This document shows positions 32,991 through 43,481 of a DNA stretch of 64,000 nucleotides, in pieces (positions within the stretch are counted from its first letter, which is position 1; the number at the start of each line of letters is the position of its first letter). The notes beneath the pieces are model-generated. The model saw only the letters and a program-made list of their open reading frames with translations. It did not search any database and had not been told where the DNA came from. The position numbers and the translations under genes were made by a program. Source of the DNA: Rhodospirillales bacterium. GTDB lineage: Bacteria > Pseudomonadota > Alphaproteobacteria > Bin95. Location of the stretch: positions 2,240,894 through 2,304,893 of the forward strand of contig JAYQLI010000035.1 of the NCBI GenBank assembly GCA_038143065.1, written 5' to 3'.

Positions 32991-35926
32991 TTAGTTTGCG
33001 GGTCTTACCCTGCATAACAGTGACTTCAGGTTTGTTTGCTCCGATATCGGGCAGCGTTGGGTTTTATCAGTCAGAAAATTCACAGGCCGCCAAGGGTTAA
33101 ATGGTTGGCGCTCACCCCAACCAATAGGCAAAAAGACAGACGTCTTCCGCACTCCAGCTGTTATCCAAGCTCTAGCTTCCACTGACCCGTGAGCCGTTTC
33201 AACATGAACCTTTTGACCGTCACTAATTGAGAGGTCTGCAGCGACTTCTGGGTGTATTTGGCAATATAAATCTGGCCACATTTCTTGCGCCTGCCAAGCA
33301 TAATGCGTCCAGCTGTGAAAATGAGGTGCTGGGGGTCTACCTGTGACTAATTCCATGTTGAAGCCTTCGGCACGAAGTGCAGCTCAGGTCCCTCGGTATA
33401 ATTTTCGATCACACGAGCCCGAGGCGCATAAACACGACCTTTATTGAAGGCATTTTCAACGCCAACTTCTGAGTCATCATCTAAAAGTTCTAAGAAGGGC
33501 AGATCAATAAGTGCTTCTCGTTCCCCATAAAATTTTGGTAATGCAGTCATGCCGTGAACTTGAAACATTGATTCCTGTTTTTCAGTCCAAAATTCGAGTT
33601 TCCCCGATGGAGAGGGGAAGCGATTACCAACACGGGAGCCAACAGCAGTTGTGCCAGGTAGATAAAGAGTTTCTTTTTCCTCGTCTTCTTCAGAGCAGAC
33701 TGGAAATCTAACCCAACGATATGGTTTTTCGTGCAGTCGTTTTTGTGTGACGCCACGCATTTGCTCGGAGTCGATCATTGCCTCGTCCCAAAAACAGGCC
33801 GGGTCCTTCCATCTTTCTTTCAACACATCCTGATAGCCGAACCGTTTCCCAAGCTCGATCCAAATCCAGCCGTCTGGTTTTGCTTGGCCCGGGGGATCAA
33901 TCATTCGATCAATCCAAACGATCCGCCTGTCTTCGCAAGCCCTTCCTATTTCACCCTTTTCAATTCCTGTAGCAGCAGGAAGTACATAATCTGCCCATGC
34001 ACTGGTTTCGTTTGCAAAAATATCAATGTGCACAAGCAGTTCTAATGAAGCGAGTGCCTTCCGGCTTTCAGTCTGATCTGGCCACAGAGCCATTGGATTG
34101 TTGCATGTTATCAATGCCTTGAGTGGGTAAGGAAGGCCTTGGGTCATCGCTGCCGTCCAACCCGTTGGGCTGGTTCGAATGCGAGGGCGAGATATCGGCA
34201 TTCGGCGGTCAACAGGTGCATTAGCTTCTGCTGGCACAGATGCTGACATGTTGAAGTAAGCACCTCCCTTGCGACCCCAGTTTCCTGTGATTGCCGCTAT
34301 AAACATCAGTGCCCGGTTAGACTGCACTGAATTCATGTGCTGATTGATGCCTCGGCTGCCGAAAATTACGCAACCGTCTGCGGTGGCAATCTCTTCTGCC
34401 AGCTTCTTTATATCAGAAACTTTAATATCCGTTATCGGCGCGGCCCACTCCGGTGTATACCCTTGGGAAAAAATAAAATCGCGCCACTTTTCCCAACCTA
34501 TGACCCAGTCTTGGCAAAACTTAGCATCATGTAAATCGTTAGCTAGAATATGGTGGGCTATGGCCAGACTGAGAGCCATATCGCCTCCTGGTCTGATGGC
34601 TAAATGTTTGTCAGCCTTAGATGCTGTTACCGTAAAGCGAGGATCAACAACGACCATCTTAGCGCCTTTTTTGAGGCGCCAATCATTGATCATGCCAAAG
34701 TGAACGGGTCGGGTTTCCGCTTGATTGTCGCCGATGTAGACGTAAAGTTCAGCTGCTCCTAAATCATCCTCTACGTAACTATTGCCGGAGCCACCAACAC
34801 CTTGAACGAGGGTATATGCAATGTTTTTACCGCTTGAGCAGTAAGGTTCTGTTGTTTCAACGTTTGGCGTCCCCCACATTTGCGAGAAGATCCGGATATA
34901 GCCCTTGTTAGTTAATGTTCCTGTTCGTGTTCCTGTGAAAATTCCTAAGGCATCTGGTCCATATTTTTCGCGCACTCCAACCAGTTTGGCGGCAATTTCA
35001 TCTAGTGCTTGGTCCCAGGAGATAGGTTCAAAAACATTCTCTCCACGCGCGCCCACTCTTTTTAATGGAGTTTTTAGCCGATCTTTTGAGCCATAAAGCT
35101 GCAAAGTAAGTTGAGATTTTGGACAAACGCGGCCTTTGAGTTTTGGATCAGCAGGGTTGCCTGTGACTTTAACTAATTTGTTTCCCTTGAAATGGAAATT
35201 TGTTGTGCAAGCATTGAAGCAAATGTTGCAACCACCTGGTTCAATCCGGTCCGCCTCTCTTTCTTCCCGAGGCAGTCCATACGGAAAAGTGGTGACTTCA
35301 TCTTTTTGACTCCAGCCGGAGTCAGTGACTGCTGGGTTAGCCTTATCAGTGCTAGAAAAGTCACTTGCGACTTTTATGAGGCGATCCAAGTATATAGTCG
35401 CTGGACCCAACAACCATGGGTCGTAGTCTATTGATTGTCTGCCTTCTGCCTCAAATTCAGAAATCAGATCATCGCGATCGCCAAAGCGTATTGCGTTGGT
35501 GAGGCAGACCGCCTGACAAGCAGTAGTTAGATCCCCATTTGCGCGACGGTCATGGCACAAGTCGCATTTTACTGCATGGTGTCCCTCAGCATCAAAACCC
35601 ATGGCGCCATATGGACATGCAGCAACACATTCACCACAGCCAACACACCTGTTCTCGAGGACACTTACAACGCCTGTGTTGGGATCCTTAATGATTGCTT
35701 TGGGCTCCACTGGGCAGGCGCGCAGACAGGCTGGTCGTTCACACTGTTGGCAAGCTAATTTTAAAAAATCCAGGGATGCTGATCCATCATTGCTCTGGCC
35801 ACCAAGCCACAGAACGCGATTTCGGCGCTCACCTGGGCCAAGTCCGTGTTCTGCCTTGCAGGCTACTTCGCAACTTTTGCAGCCTGTGCATCGCTCAACA
35901 TCAATTAAAAGTGCAAGTCGGCTCAT
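32991..35926 (-). CDS. Mo/W-bisPGD oxidoreductase (DMSO reductase superfamily) with N-terminal fused DmsB-like four-cluster Fe-S domain; frameshift near 33385
   Basis: CTGCKSCEVAC, CQQCERPACLRACP, CVGCGECVAACP, CDLC..TACQAVC, then CNICFNAC...CPK, RLKTPLKR.G.RG..F..ISWDQALDEIA, VVDPRFT, IRPGGD, ADYVLPA; domain IV (IHPE.A..L.I.DG) in the second frame. Confidence 0.9.
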
Positions 35927-35929
35927 AGA

Positions 35930-36720
35930 TCAGAAATCCAAAGCCAAAAAGTGGAACCAATAAGGTTCACCGCCATTTGCCGCGTACTTTGCGAAGAACA
36001 TGACAATAGCTATATGCAGAAATAGGCCAATAATAAACGCCCAAGCAAGTAATCTGTGTGACAGGCGCCAAAAGATTTGGGCGCGCGCGAGTTTTTCCTT
36101 AGCGCCCGTTAAACCCTCCTCTATTGCCGCTAGCCGGCGGTACCTGAACGCCTTTATGGGGGAGCGCAAGTAATGCTTGATTTTAAGAGAAAACTCAGCC
36201 TCCTGGGCGGAAGCTTCGATACTTTCTAAAAGAAAGCCTTTGCTTTGAATTATTTCATAAAGGCGTTGCCGCTTATCTGGATCTGCCGCTGCGAAGCCGC
36301 CGCGCTTTTCACCGAATGTCATTGACGCTAGCCGAGATCCTTTGGTGCGGCCCCAAAGTCCTAGAATAATAAGCCCCACTATCATCAGAAGCAGAATCGC
36401 AGGGGGCGACTGAGGTTCTGAATACTATGTGACAGGACAAGGGAACTCCCAATACTCGCTAACCAAACATGCAGGCGAAAGCCATATTTGCCTGGACCGC
36501 CAAAGCGTTTTGCTAGGACTGCTACAAAAGATGAAAGTAGCAAAAGAGCTCCAAGCACAGCCGCAGATTGTAGAATTGGGCCGCCAGATTTTCCCCATTC
36601 ATTAGGTAAAGAGGATGTTATGATTGAAAAAAACACGCCACCAATCAGCGACAGTATTACAATCGTTTTTAGTGAGCGGTTAGGTAAATCTAAACTCTTT
36701 TTAGACCCAACAGGTTTCAA
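35930..36720 (-). CDS. Membrane protein with ferric-reductase/cytochrome-b-like His pairs; two ORFs joined across a frameshift near 36403
   Basis: Hydrophobic helices; RLHVWLASIGSSLVLSH and LSHRLLAWAFIIGLFLH each carry two His 14 residues apart; one added C in the C-run fuses the ORFs (..RPPAILLLMIVG..). Confidence 0.7.
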
Positions 36721-37553
36721 TTTGGTTTGTCGCCTTTAAGGGTAATCCGATGCATCCTTCGACGTTGGCCCTGGTAGTCATTAATCGCGTGATGTTGGGT
36801 GGCGCGATTGTCCCAAACTGCGACAGATCCGGGCTGCCATTGGAAACGGCATGTAAACTCAGGCCGAATTATATGATCGCAAAGCCAATGTATGAGGCCG
36901 CGGCTTTCATCTTCGGTCATACCTTTAAACCGGACAGTGTGAGATCGATTGACGAATAGTGACTTTAGGCCAGTCTCAGGATGTGTGCGCACAACTGGAT
37001 GGTCTGACTCATAGGATTGGGCGGCTGAGTTAAATGTGCCTTTCATCGCATCTAGGCGAGCCATGCCGGCTGCTCGGCCACCTTTGTAACCGTGATCTGA
37101 CGAGTTAATAGCTCTCAAGCCATCCAAGGCTTTTTTTAAACCAACGGATAGAACGTCGTATGCCGCTGCTGTATTGGCAAAGAGAGTGTCGCCCCCAAAT
37201 TCGGGTGTTTCTAGCGCATATAAAACGGTGCCCATCGCGGGTTCAGGCATGTACGAGGTGTCTGAGTGCCAGGACCCACCAAAGTTTTTTGCGTCTGTTT
37301 CGGTTTTGAGAATTTCTGTAACTTCTGGCGTGTCCTCTAAACCTCTTATGAACGGATAAATATCTGGTTCACCAAAAATGCGAGCAAATTCGCTCTGAGA
37401 TTTTGGTGTTAACTTCTGTTCGCGAAAGAAAATAACTTTGTTTTCAAGAAATGCGTCCCGGATTGCAGCCGTCTCACTATTGGTAAGACCATCTGAAATA
37501 CTGATATCTAGAATTTCTGCTCCGAGGGCTCCAGAAATGGGACGAATTCGCAT
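36717..37553 (-). CDS. TauD/TfdA-family 2-oxoglutarate-dependent dioxygenase
   Basis: LGAEI, VIFFREQ, WHSDTSY (HxD), GGDTLFA, HPVVRTHPETG, WDNRATQHHA, RRMHRIT. Confidence 0.93.
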   Translation of the reverse strand: MRIRPISGALGAEILDISISDGLTNSETAAIRDAFLENKVIFFREQKLTPKSQSEFARIFGEPDIYPFIRGLEDTPEVTEILKTETDAKNFGGSWHSDTSYMPEPAMGTVLYALETPEFGGDTLFANTAAAYDVLSVGLKKALDGLRAINSSDHGYKGGRAAGMARLDAMKGTFNSAAQSYESDHPVVRTHPETGLKSLFVNRSHTVRFKGMTEDESRGLIHWLCDHIIRPEFTCRFQWQPGSVAVWDNRATQHHAINDYQGQRRRMHRITLKGDKPN

Positions 37554-37559
37554 AATCTA

Positions 37560-38105
37560 CTATTCTCCATTTGCTGCCGCGACTGCAGCGATGTTGCGTT
37601 CTATATCATAAGGTCGCGGCGCTAAATCTTCCGCATCCCATTCAGTTCTGTGGACACTAAAAAAATCCCCTCCATAAACATGCAAGGCGCCAGTAAGCTT
37701 GTCTAGCGGATTGGTAACTGAGTGGATGATATCCTTTCCAAGAGGCGACACATCTCCCGGTCCCATAGACTTTGCCCCAGCAGCCTCGATGTCATTCTCT
37801 GCATCTTCTGGTAGTTGTCTCCAAAAAATATTGTTTTCGCGCCCCGTATACAGTCCAATTACCGCCCACATTTCGTGATTGTGTGGCATGATCGACATGT
37901 TCCTACCCCAGACTAGGTTGAGGATTGTCAAATCCGGTGAATTATAGATGGGAAAAGCGCCTGCTTTAGAAGGTTCTCCTAATGCGCGGAGCACTTCATT
38001 TGGCTTGGAGCAGGCTTCCTCCAATAGTGCTTTCACCGACGAATGTGAGGAATCTGATTTTACCGCGCTGCGACATTCTTCAACAAATTTATCTAGGTTA
38101 AACAT
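37560..38105 (-). CDS. Cysteine/thiol-dioxygenase-like cupin
   Basis: LVW...MPHNH.MWAVIG.Y.G.E.N, IHSVTN, ALHVYGG: 3-His metal site plus HxY motif of the CDO/MDO family. Confidence 0.75.
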   Translation of the reverse strand: MFNLDKFVEECRSAVKSDSSHSSVKALLEEACSKPNEVLRALGEPSKAGAFPIYNSPDLTILNLVWGRNMSIMPHNHEMWAVIGLYTGRENNIFWRQLPEDAENDIEAAGAKSMGPGDVSPLGKDIIHSVTNPLDKLTGALHVYGGDFFSVHRTEWDAEDLAPRPYDIERNIAAVAAANGE

Positions 38106-38172
38106 AAAAATTTTTCCGAATCATTGTCTGATACAGGAAAAATTTCATGCTATAACCGATCAAGTCAAATAA

Positions 38173-38994
38173 TTATCCACTCTTAATCATCTCGTCCCAG
38201 TCATAGAGGCGCGGCTCCTTAGCCAAAAATCTTCGGACGGCTTCATGATGAAAATTTGTTTTGCGCATGGCCTCTTGGGCGGCGCACTCTACGTCGGTCA
38301 TTTCTGCTTGGCTTGAAGAGTGGCTTCGGTGAAACATTGCTTTAGCGAGAGCTTGAGCTTCAGCAGAACCTTTTGCGATATTTTTGGCCATCCAAATAGC
38401 GCGGTTTAGGAGTTCTTCCGGAGAGCATATTTCATTTATCAGGCCTAAATTTTGTGCCTCCTCAACCCCAAAAGATCGTCCGGTATAGGCCAATTCTTTA
38501 GCTCGACGGGCGCCGATAGCCCGAGGCAAGGTGTAGGCAATTGCCATATCTGGGATTAAGCCAATTCTTCCAAACACTAAGCAAAATCGTGCTCGCGGTG
38601 TAGCTAACATAATGTCAGCTGTCATTGCTAAGCTAAAACCACCACCAAAGGCGATACCATCGACAGCTGCAATGGTAGGTTTGGGAAGATTAATCAGTCT
38701 GTAGAGTACCCCAAGTGTTTTGCGAAGGCCCGAATTCCTACTTTCTGCCGGTTTACCATCACTTCCTTGCATACGGGTTACGTCGGCGCCCGAGCAAAAA
38801 TTGCCACCCGCTCCACTAATTACGAGAGCGCGAACGTCATCGTCTTTTTCCACTCTATCAACAAGTTTTGGAAGGTCGTGGTCGAATATCCTCTGACTAA
38901 TGGCATTCATTTTTTGGGGTCTATTCAGAGTAAAGACTGCAATTCCGTCTTTTACTTCAAATAAAGTATCCTGATGCGACGGGTTGAGGGGCAT
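38173..38994 (-). CDS. Enoyl-CoA hydratase/isomerase (crotonase family)
   Basis: TLNRPQKMNAI, FCSGAD, KPTIAAVDG.AFGGGFSLA, F.RIGLIPD. Confidence 0.9.
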   Translation of the reverse strand: MPLNPSHQDTLFEVKDGIAVFTLNRPQKMNAISQRIFDHDLPKLVDRVEKDDDVRALVISGAGGNFCSGADVTRMQGSDGKPAESRNSGLRKTLGVLYRLINLPKPTIAAVDGIAFGGGFSLAMTADIMLATPRARFCLVFGRIGLIPDMAIAYTLPRAIGARRAKELAYTGRSFGVEEAQNLGLINEICSPEELLNRAIWMAKNIAKGSAEAQALAKAMFHRSHSSSQAEMTDVECAAQEAMRKTNFHHEAVRRFLAKEPRLYDWDEMIKSG

Positions 38995-39137
38995 TTTTAT
39001 TCTCCCATAAAAGCCTTTAAACGCCTAAACGATATCGATAGCAGCGAAAAAGCAAAAGCTTCTCAAGACTGTTTGCTTGGCCAAGGTATCGCCATTGGTG
39101 ATACTCTCATGCCGAATCTACAGGATAAATTTTTATT

Positions 39138-39884
39138 ATGGCCGTTTCATTTGATCTTTCTAATCACACAGCGTTGGTGACTGGTGCCACCGGAGGTATT
39201 GGTGCCTCTATCGCTCGTACTTTGCACGCTGCTGGGGCAAATCTCGTTATTTCTGGTACTCGGCAGGCATCACTCGACAGTTTGCTTGAGGAGCTTGGGG
39301 AGCGCGTTGTCTCGATTCCATGCAATTTGTCTGATGCCAATGCTGTAAACAACTTAATTAAGAGTGCTGAGGAATCGTGTGGGCCAGTCGATATTTTGAT
39401 TAATAACGCAGGAATGACAAAAGATGGTCTGGCCATGCGTATGAACGATGATGACTGGGAGAGTGTATTGGCCGTCGACCTTTCCGCAGCATTTCGCCTT
39501 TCTCGAGCTGCTTTAAGAGCAATGCTTAAGGCGCGATGGGGGCGGATTATCAATATAACTTCTGTCGTTGGTCACACTGGCAATCCTGGACAAGCTAATT
39601 ATGCAGCCGCAAAAGCATGCTTGGGTGTCATGACTCGCTCGCTGGCTGATTAGACAGCTGCTCGAGGGGTCACAGTTAACTGTGTTGCTCCAGGGTTTAT
39701 TCAAACTGCAATGACAGATGCTCTAAACGAAAAACAGAAGGCAGTAATTCTTGAGCACATTCCTGCTGGTAAGATGGGAACGCCGGAAGATGTTGCAGCA
39801 GCCGTGCTATATCTTGCGTCTGACGCAGGGGGATACATTACTGGTCAATCCATCCATGTAAATGGCGGCATGGTAATGTTGTAA
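39138..39884 (+). CDS. fabG: 3-oxoacyl-ACP reductase; in-frame TAG at 39651-39653
   Basis: VTGATGGIG, LINNAG, GNPGQANYAAAK; same frame continues after TAG as TAARGVTVNCVAPGFIQTAMT...YITGQSIHVNGGM. Confidence 0.93.
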
Positions 39885-40042
39885 GGCCCAGCTAAAGGTC
39901 TTGCTTCTTATATTTCTGTTACTAAAGATATCCTTGAAAACCAAAAAACGAGTATTCCATTGCTTTTTTGTAGCTTTAGGCATTGCGAAACTGCTGCGAA
40001 ACCCGTTATTCAGTTAATAACGAAATTCCAAGGAAAACGGGC

Positions 40043-40282
40043 ATGAGTGACACAGCTGATCGCGTAAAGAAGATCGTCGTCGAGCATCTAGGCGTCGAGG
40101 AGAGCAAGGTTACTGAAAACGCTAGCTTTATTGATGATTTGGGCGCTGACAGCCTTGACACTGTTGAGCTGGTAATGGCGTTTGAAGAAGAATTCGGTTG
40201 TGAAATTCCAGATGACGCTGCAGAAAAAATTGTCACTGTTAAGAATGCCATCGATTATATCAGTGAGCACGCTGACAGCTGA
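40043..40282 (+). CDS. acpP: Acyl carrier protein
   Basis: [18 protein letters not shown]...[20 protein letters not shown]. Confidence 0.98.
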   Translation: MSDTADRVKKIVVEHLGVEESKVTENASFIDDLGADSLDTVELVMAFEEEFGCEIPDDAAEKIVTVKNAIDYISEHADS

Positions 40283-40351
40283 CACCTTTTAGGTTTGGGG
40301 GGCGCGAAGGCTCTGGCCTCGCTCCCTTCGCCGGGCGGTTAGGGGGAAGCT

Positions 40352-41608
40352 ATGAAGCGCGTGGGGGTTACGGGTATGGGGCTGGTCACGCCCCTTGGAT
40401 GTGGGCTTGACCTTCCTTGGAAGCGGATGCTCGCGTCTGAATCTGGTATTGTGCCAATTGATAGATTTGATACCTCAGACCTGCCAGCGAAGATTGCTGG
40501 ACAACTCCCCTTGGGCACAGCAGATGGAGAGTTAAATCTCGATGACGTTATGCCAGCAAAGGATCGTCGCAAAGTAGACTCCTTTATCGTTTATGGAGTG
40601 GCGGCTAGCGATATCGCGATTAAAGACTCTGGCTTAGATACGTCAGATTCTGACTTGATGGAGCGCGCTGGAGTAATGATTGGCTCCGGTATCGGCGGCC
40701 TAGATACTATCTACGAGACCTCGGTTACGCTGCATGAACGTGGGCCGAGAAGAGTTTCACCTTTCTTTATACCAGCCAGCCTTATCAACTTGGTTTCTGG
40801 TCAAGTTTCGATCCGTCACGGATTAAAGGGTCCCAATCATGCAGTTGTGACGGCATGTGCTACTGGGTCGCATGCAATTGGTGATGACGCGCGTATGATC
40901 CGCGCTGGTGATGCGGATGTAATGGTAGCTGGGGGAGCCGAGGCAGCTATTTGCCGCCTTGGGATCGCAGGCTTTGCTGCCGCCCGCGCACTCTCGACTG
41001 GCTTCAATGATGAACCAGCCCGAGCTTCTCGCCCATGGGACGTGGATCGTGATGGATTTGTTATGGGTGAAGGCGCCGGCGTTGTAGTCTTAGAGGAATA
41101 TGAGCAGGCAAAGGCGCGCGGTGCCAAGATTTACGCTGAGGTAGTCGGATACGGCATGAGTGGAGACGCTCATCATGTTACCGCTCCAGCCTCAGATGGA
41201 GATGGTGGCTTTCGTGCGATGCGTGCCTGTCTTAAAAGTGCCGGTGTGACTACCGCTGAAATTGATTATATCAATGCTCATGGCACCTCTACCCCTCTGG
41301 GAGATGAGATTGAGCTTGGTGCAGTAAAACGGCTCTTCGGAGCTGATGCGGACAGGCTTACTATGTCTTCAACCAAATCTGCGATCGGTCATCTTCTTGG
41401 TGCCGCAGGGGCTGTAGAAGCTATATTTTCCATCCTTGCAATTAGAGATGGCGTCGCGCCTCCAACACTAAATTTAGACAACCCGTCGGAGGGATGTGAT
41501 TTGGACCTTGCCCCAAAGGAGGCAAAGGAAAGGCCAATCCGTTTTGCGCTCTCAAATTCATTTGGTTTTGGTGGAACCAATGCCTCGGTTCTGTTCAAGG
41601 CGGTTTGA
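40352..41608 (+). CDS. fabF: Beta-ketoacyl-ACP synthase II
   Basis: RRVSPFFIP, TACATG.HAIG, RDGFVMGEGAG, NAHGTSTP, GHLLGAAG, SNSFGFGG. Confidence 0.96.
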   Translation: MKRVGVTGMGLVTPLGCGLDLPWKRMLASESGIVPIDRFDTSDLPAKIAGQLPLGTADGELNLDDVMPAKDRRKVDSFIVYGVAASDIAIKDSGLDTSDSDLMERAGVMIGSGIGGLDTIYETSVTLHERGPRRVSPFFIPASLINLVSGQVSIRHGLKGPNHAVVTACATGSHAIGDDARMIRAGDADVMVAGGAEAAICRLGIAGFAAARALSTGFNDEPARASRPWDVDRDGFVMGEGAGVVVLEEYEQAKARGAKIYAEVVGYGMSGDAHHVTAPASDGDGGFRAMRACLKSAGVTTAEIDYINAHGTSTPLGDEIELGAVKRLFGADADRLTMSSTKSAIGHLLGAAGAVEAIFSILAIRDGVAPPTLNLDNPSEGCDLDLAPKEAKERPIRFALSNSFGFGGTNASVLFKAV

Positions 41609-41617
41609 GCTGATTGG

Positions 41618-42594
41618 ATGCGACGAGCAATCTTAGGTCTTGCGCTTTTAGTGCCGGGCCTTATTGCGCTGTCATTTTTTTGCTTCTAAATTCTTTTGAT
41701 AAAGCCGGGCCTTCGCGATCTGAAACATATTTTCTAGTGGAACGAGGTGACTTACCTCTTTCTGTTTCCGATCGTCTCCAGCAAGTTGGTGCTATCAAAA
41801 ATGCGTTTCTATTTCGTGTTTTAATTCGATTAGAAAACAAGGGTCCAGAAATTAAAGCTGGTGAATATGAAGTGCCCGCGGCGGCTTCATATAGTGATAT
41901 TTTGAGACTTTTAACCGATGGTCCAACTGTGGTGCGAAAGCTCACAGTGCCGGAGGGTGTGACCACAGCTGAGATTGTTGCGATTGTTAAGGGTACTGAT
42001 GGTCTTGTTGGTGAAGTGCCTCAGGATCTTGGTGAAGGTACACTCTTACCTGAAACCTACCATTATTCTTGGGGCGACACGCGAGAAGGCTTGATAAGCC
42101 GAATGCGGGACATGATGTCAGATGTTGTCGCTTTAGCAATGGCTTCGAAGAGTGAAAATCATCCCATAGATACTCCAGCTGAACTCATCACCCTTGCCTC
42201 GATAGTTGAGAGGGAAACATCAATTCCATCGGAGCAGCCGCGCGTTGCAGCTGTTTTTGTTAATCGTCTAAAGCGCGGGATGTTGCTGCAATCTGATCCC
42301 ACAGTAATTTATGCGATTACCCGCGGAGAAATGATATTTGAACGACGCTTAACTTATAAGGATCTTAAATACCCTGACCCTTACAATACTTATTTCAAAC
42401 TAGGCCTGCCGCCAGGTCCAATTGCTAATCCAGGAAAATCTTCGCTAATGGCAGCCGCTAATCCTTTAATTACTGACGAGTTATTTTTTGTTGCTGATGG
42501 TTTTGGCGGCCATGTTTTTAGTAAAAGCCTATCAGAGCACAATCGTAATGTTGCAAAATGGCGTCAAATTCAAAGGGAACGTGGGTTGAGATGA
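41618..42594 (+). CDS. mltG: Endolytic transglycosylase; frameshift in the T-run near 41675-41681 (N-terminal TM helix in another frame)
   Basis: MRRAILGLALLVPGLIALSFF from ATG 41618; AGEY, TVPEG, EGTLLPETY, LASIVERET, LQSDPTV, YNTY..GLPPGPIANPG. Confidence 0.93.
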
Positions 42595-43466
42595 TTTCAA
42601 GCATGACAGGTTTTGCACGTGTTGAAGGTCATTCTGGTGATGTTTCGTGGGCATGGGAGGCGCGTAGCGTAAACGGTCGTAGTTTGGATGTGCGCGTGCG
42701 CGCTCCCAGCTTTGTTGATCAGGCAGAACGTAAAACTAGGGAAGAGCTGGTCAAATACTTTAAACGAGGGACAATTCAGGTGGCTCTTAGTGTAGAGCAA
42801 ACAGAGAGTGTGAGTCGCCCTACCATTAACTTCGATGTCTTGTCAGGCCTTATTTCTGACCTTTCAAAAGTTGAGTTGCCAGAGCAGGCTCCTATCGAAC
42901 CCGCAAGACTTGATGGCCTTCTGCAAATTCGAGGTGTTTTACAAACAGGTAACTCTGATAACGAAACTATTCGTACCGCGCCACTAACTGATATCCCCGC
43001 ACTTTTGGATAGTTTAGCTAAAGCAAGAGCAGAAGAAGGTATTAGGCTGGCTGCAGTATTAGATGAAATTTTGACGACAATTTTAGATCTTATTCACCAG
43101 GCAAAATCACTTGCTTTGCAACAGCCCGAACGGATGGCCAACCGCTATAAAGAGGCAATCACAAATTTGATTGGTGAGACGGCCAATATTCCTGAGGAGC
43201 GGATTATTCAGGAGGCTGCAACTCTAGCTATTAAAGTCGACGTGACGGAAGAATTAGATCGTCTAACGGCTCACGTTGCACAAGCTCGTGAAATGATTTC
43301 TTCAGGTGGGGCTATAGGTCGCCGGCTCGACTTTCTTTGTCAGGAATTTAATCGTGAAGCGAATACTCTAGGTTCTAAATCTGCTGATCTTAGTCTGACG
43401 CGGATGGCAATGGATCTAAAAACGGCCATCGACGCCTTTCGAGAGCAGGCGCAGAATGTTGAGTAG
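42591..43466 (+). CDS. yicC: YicC/YloC-family endoribonuclease
   Basis: SMTGFAR, SVNGR.LD, DVTEELDRL..H, GRRLDFLCQEFNREANTLGSK, REQAQNVE. Confidence 0.94.
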   Translation: MISSMTGFARVEGHSGDVSWAWEARSVNGRSLDVRVRAPSFVDQAERKTREELVKYFKRGTIQVALSVEQTESVSRPTINFDVLSGLISDLSKVELPEQAPIEPARLDGLLQIRGVLQTGNSDNETIRTAPLTDIPALLDSLAKARAEEGIRLAAVLDEILTTILDLIHQAKSLALQQPERMANRYKEAITNLIGETANIPEERIIQEAATLAIKVDVTEELDRLTAHVAQAREMISSGGAIGRRLDFLCQEFNREANTLGSKSADLSLTRMAMDLKTAIDAFREQAQNVE

Positions 43467-43481
43467 ATTAGGGGGCTTTGA

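Noticed and set aside
33347-35926. Acetylene hydratase, formate dehydrogenase or periplasmic nitrate/DMSO reductase assignment
   Set aside because: No AH catalytic Asp in the first Cys motif, no FDH Cys/Sec-His pair at the ligand position, and no Tat signal
15048-39653. Stop-codon reassignment or selenocysteine/pyrrolysine readthrough at the in-frame stops
   Set aside because: All three stop types occur once each, all three also terminate intact genes here, and the positions are not catalytic Cys or Lys sites; single G>T changes explain them
40296-40330. Terminator between acpP and fabF
   Set aside because: Imperfect GC stem without a U-tract
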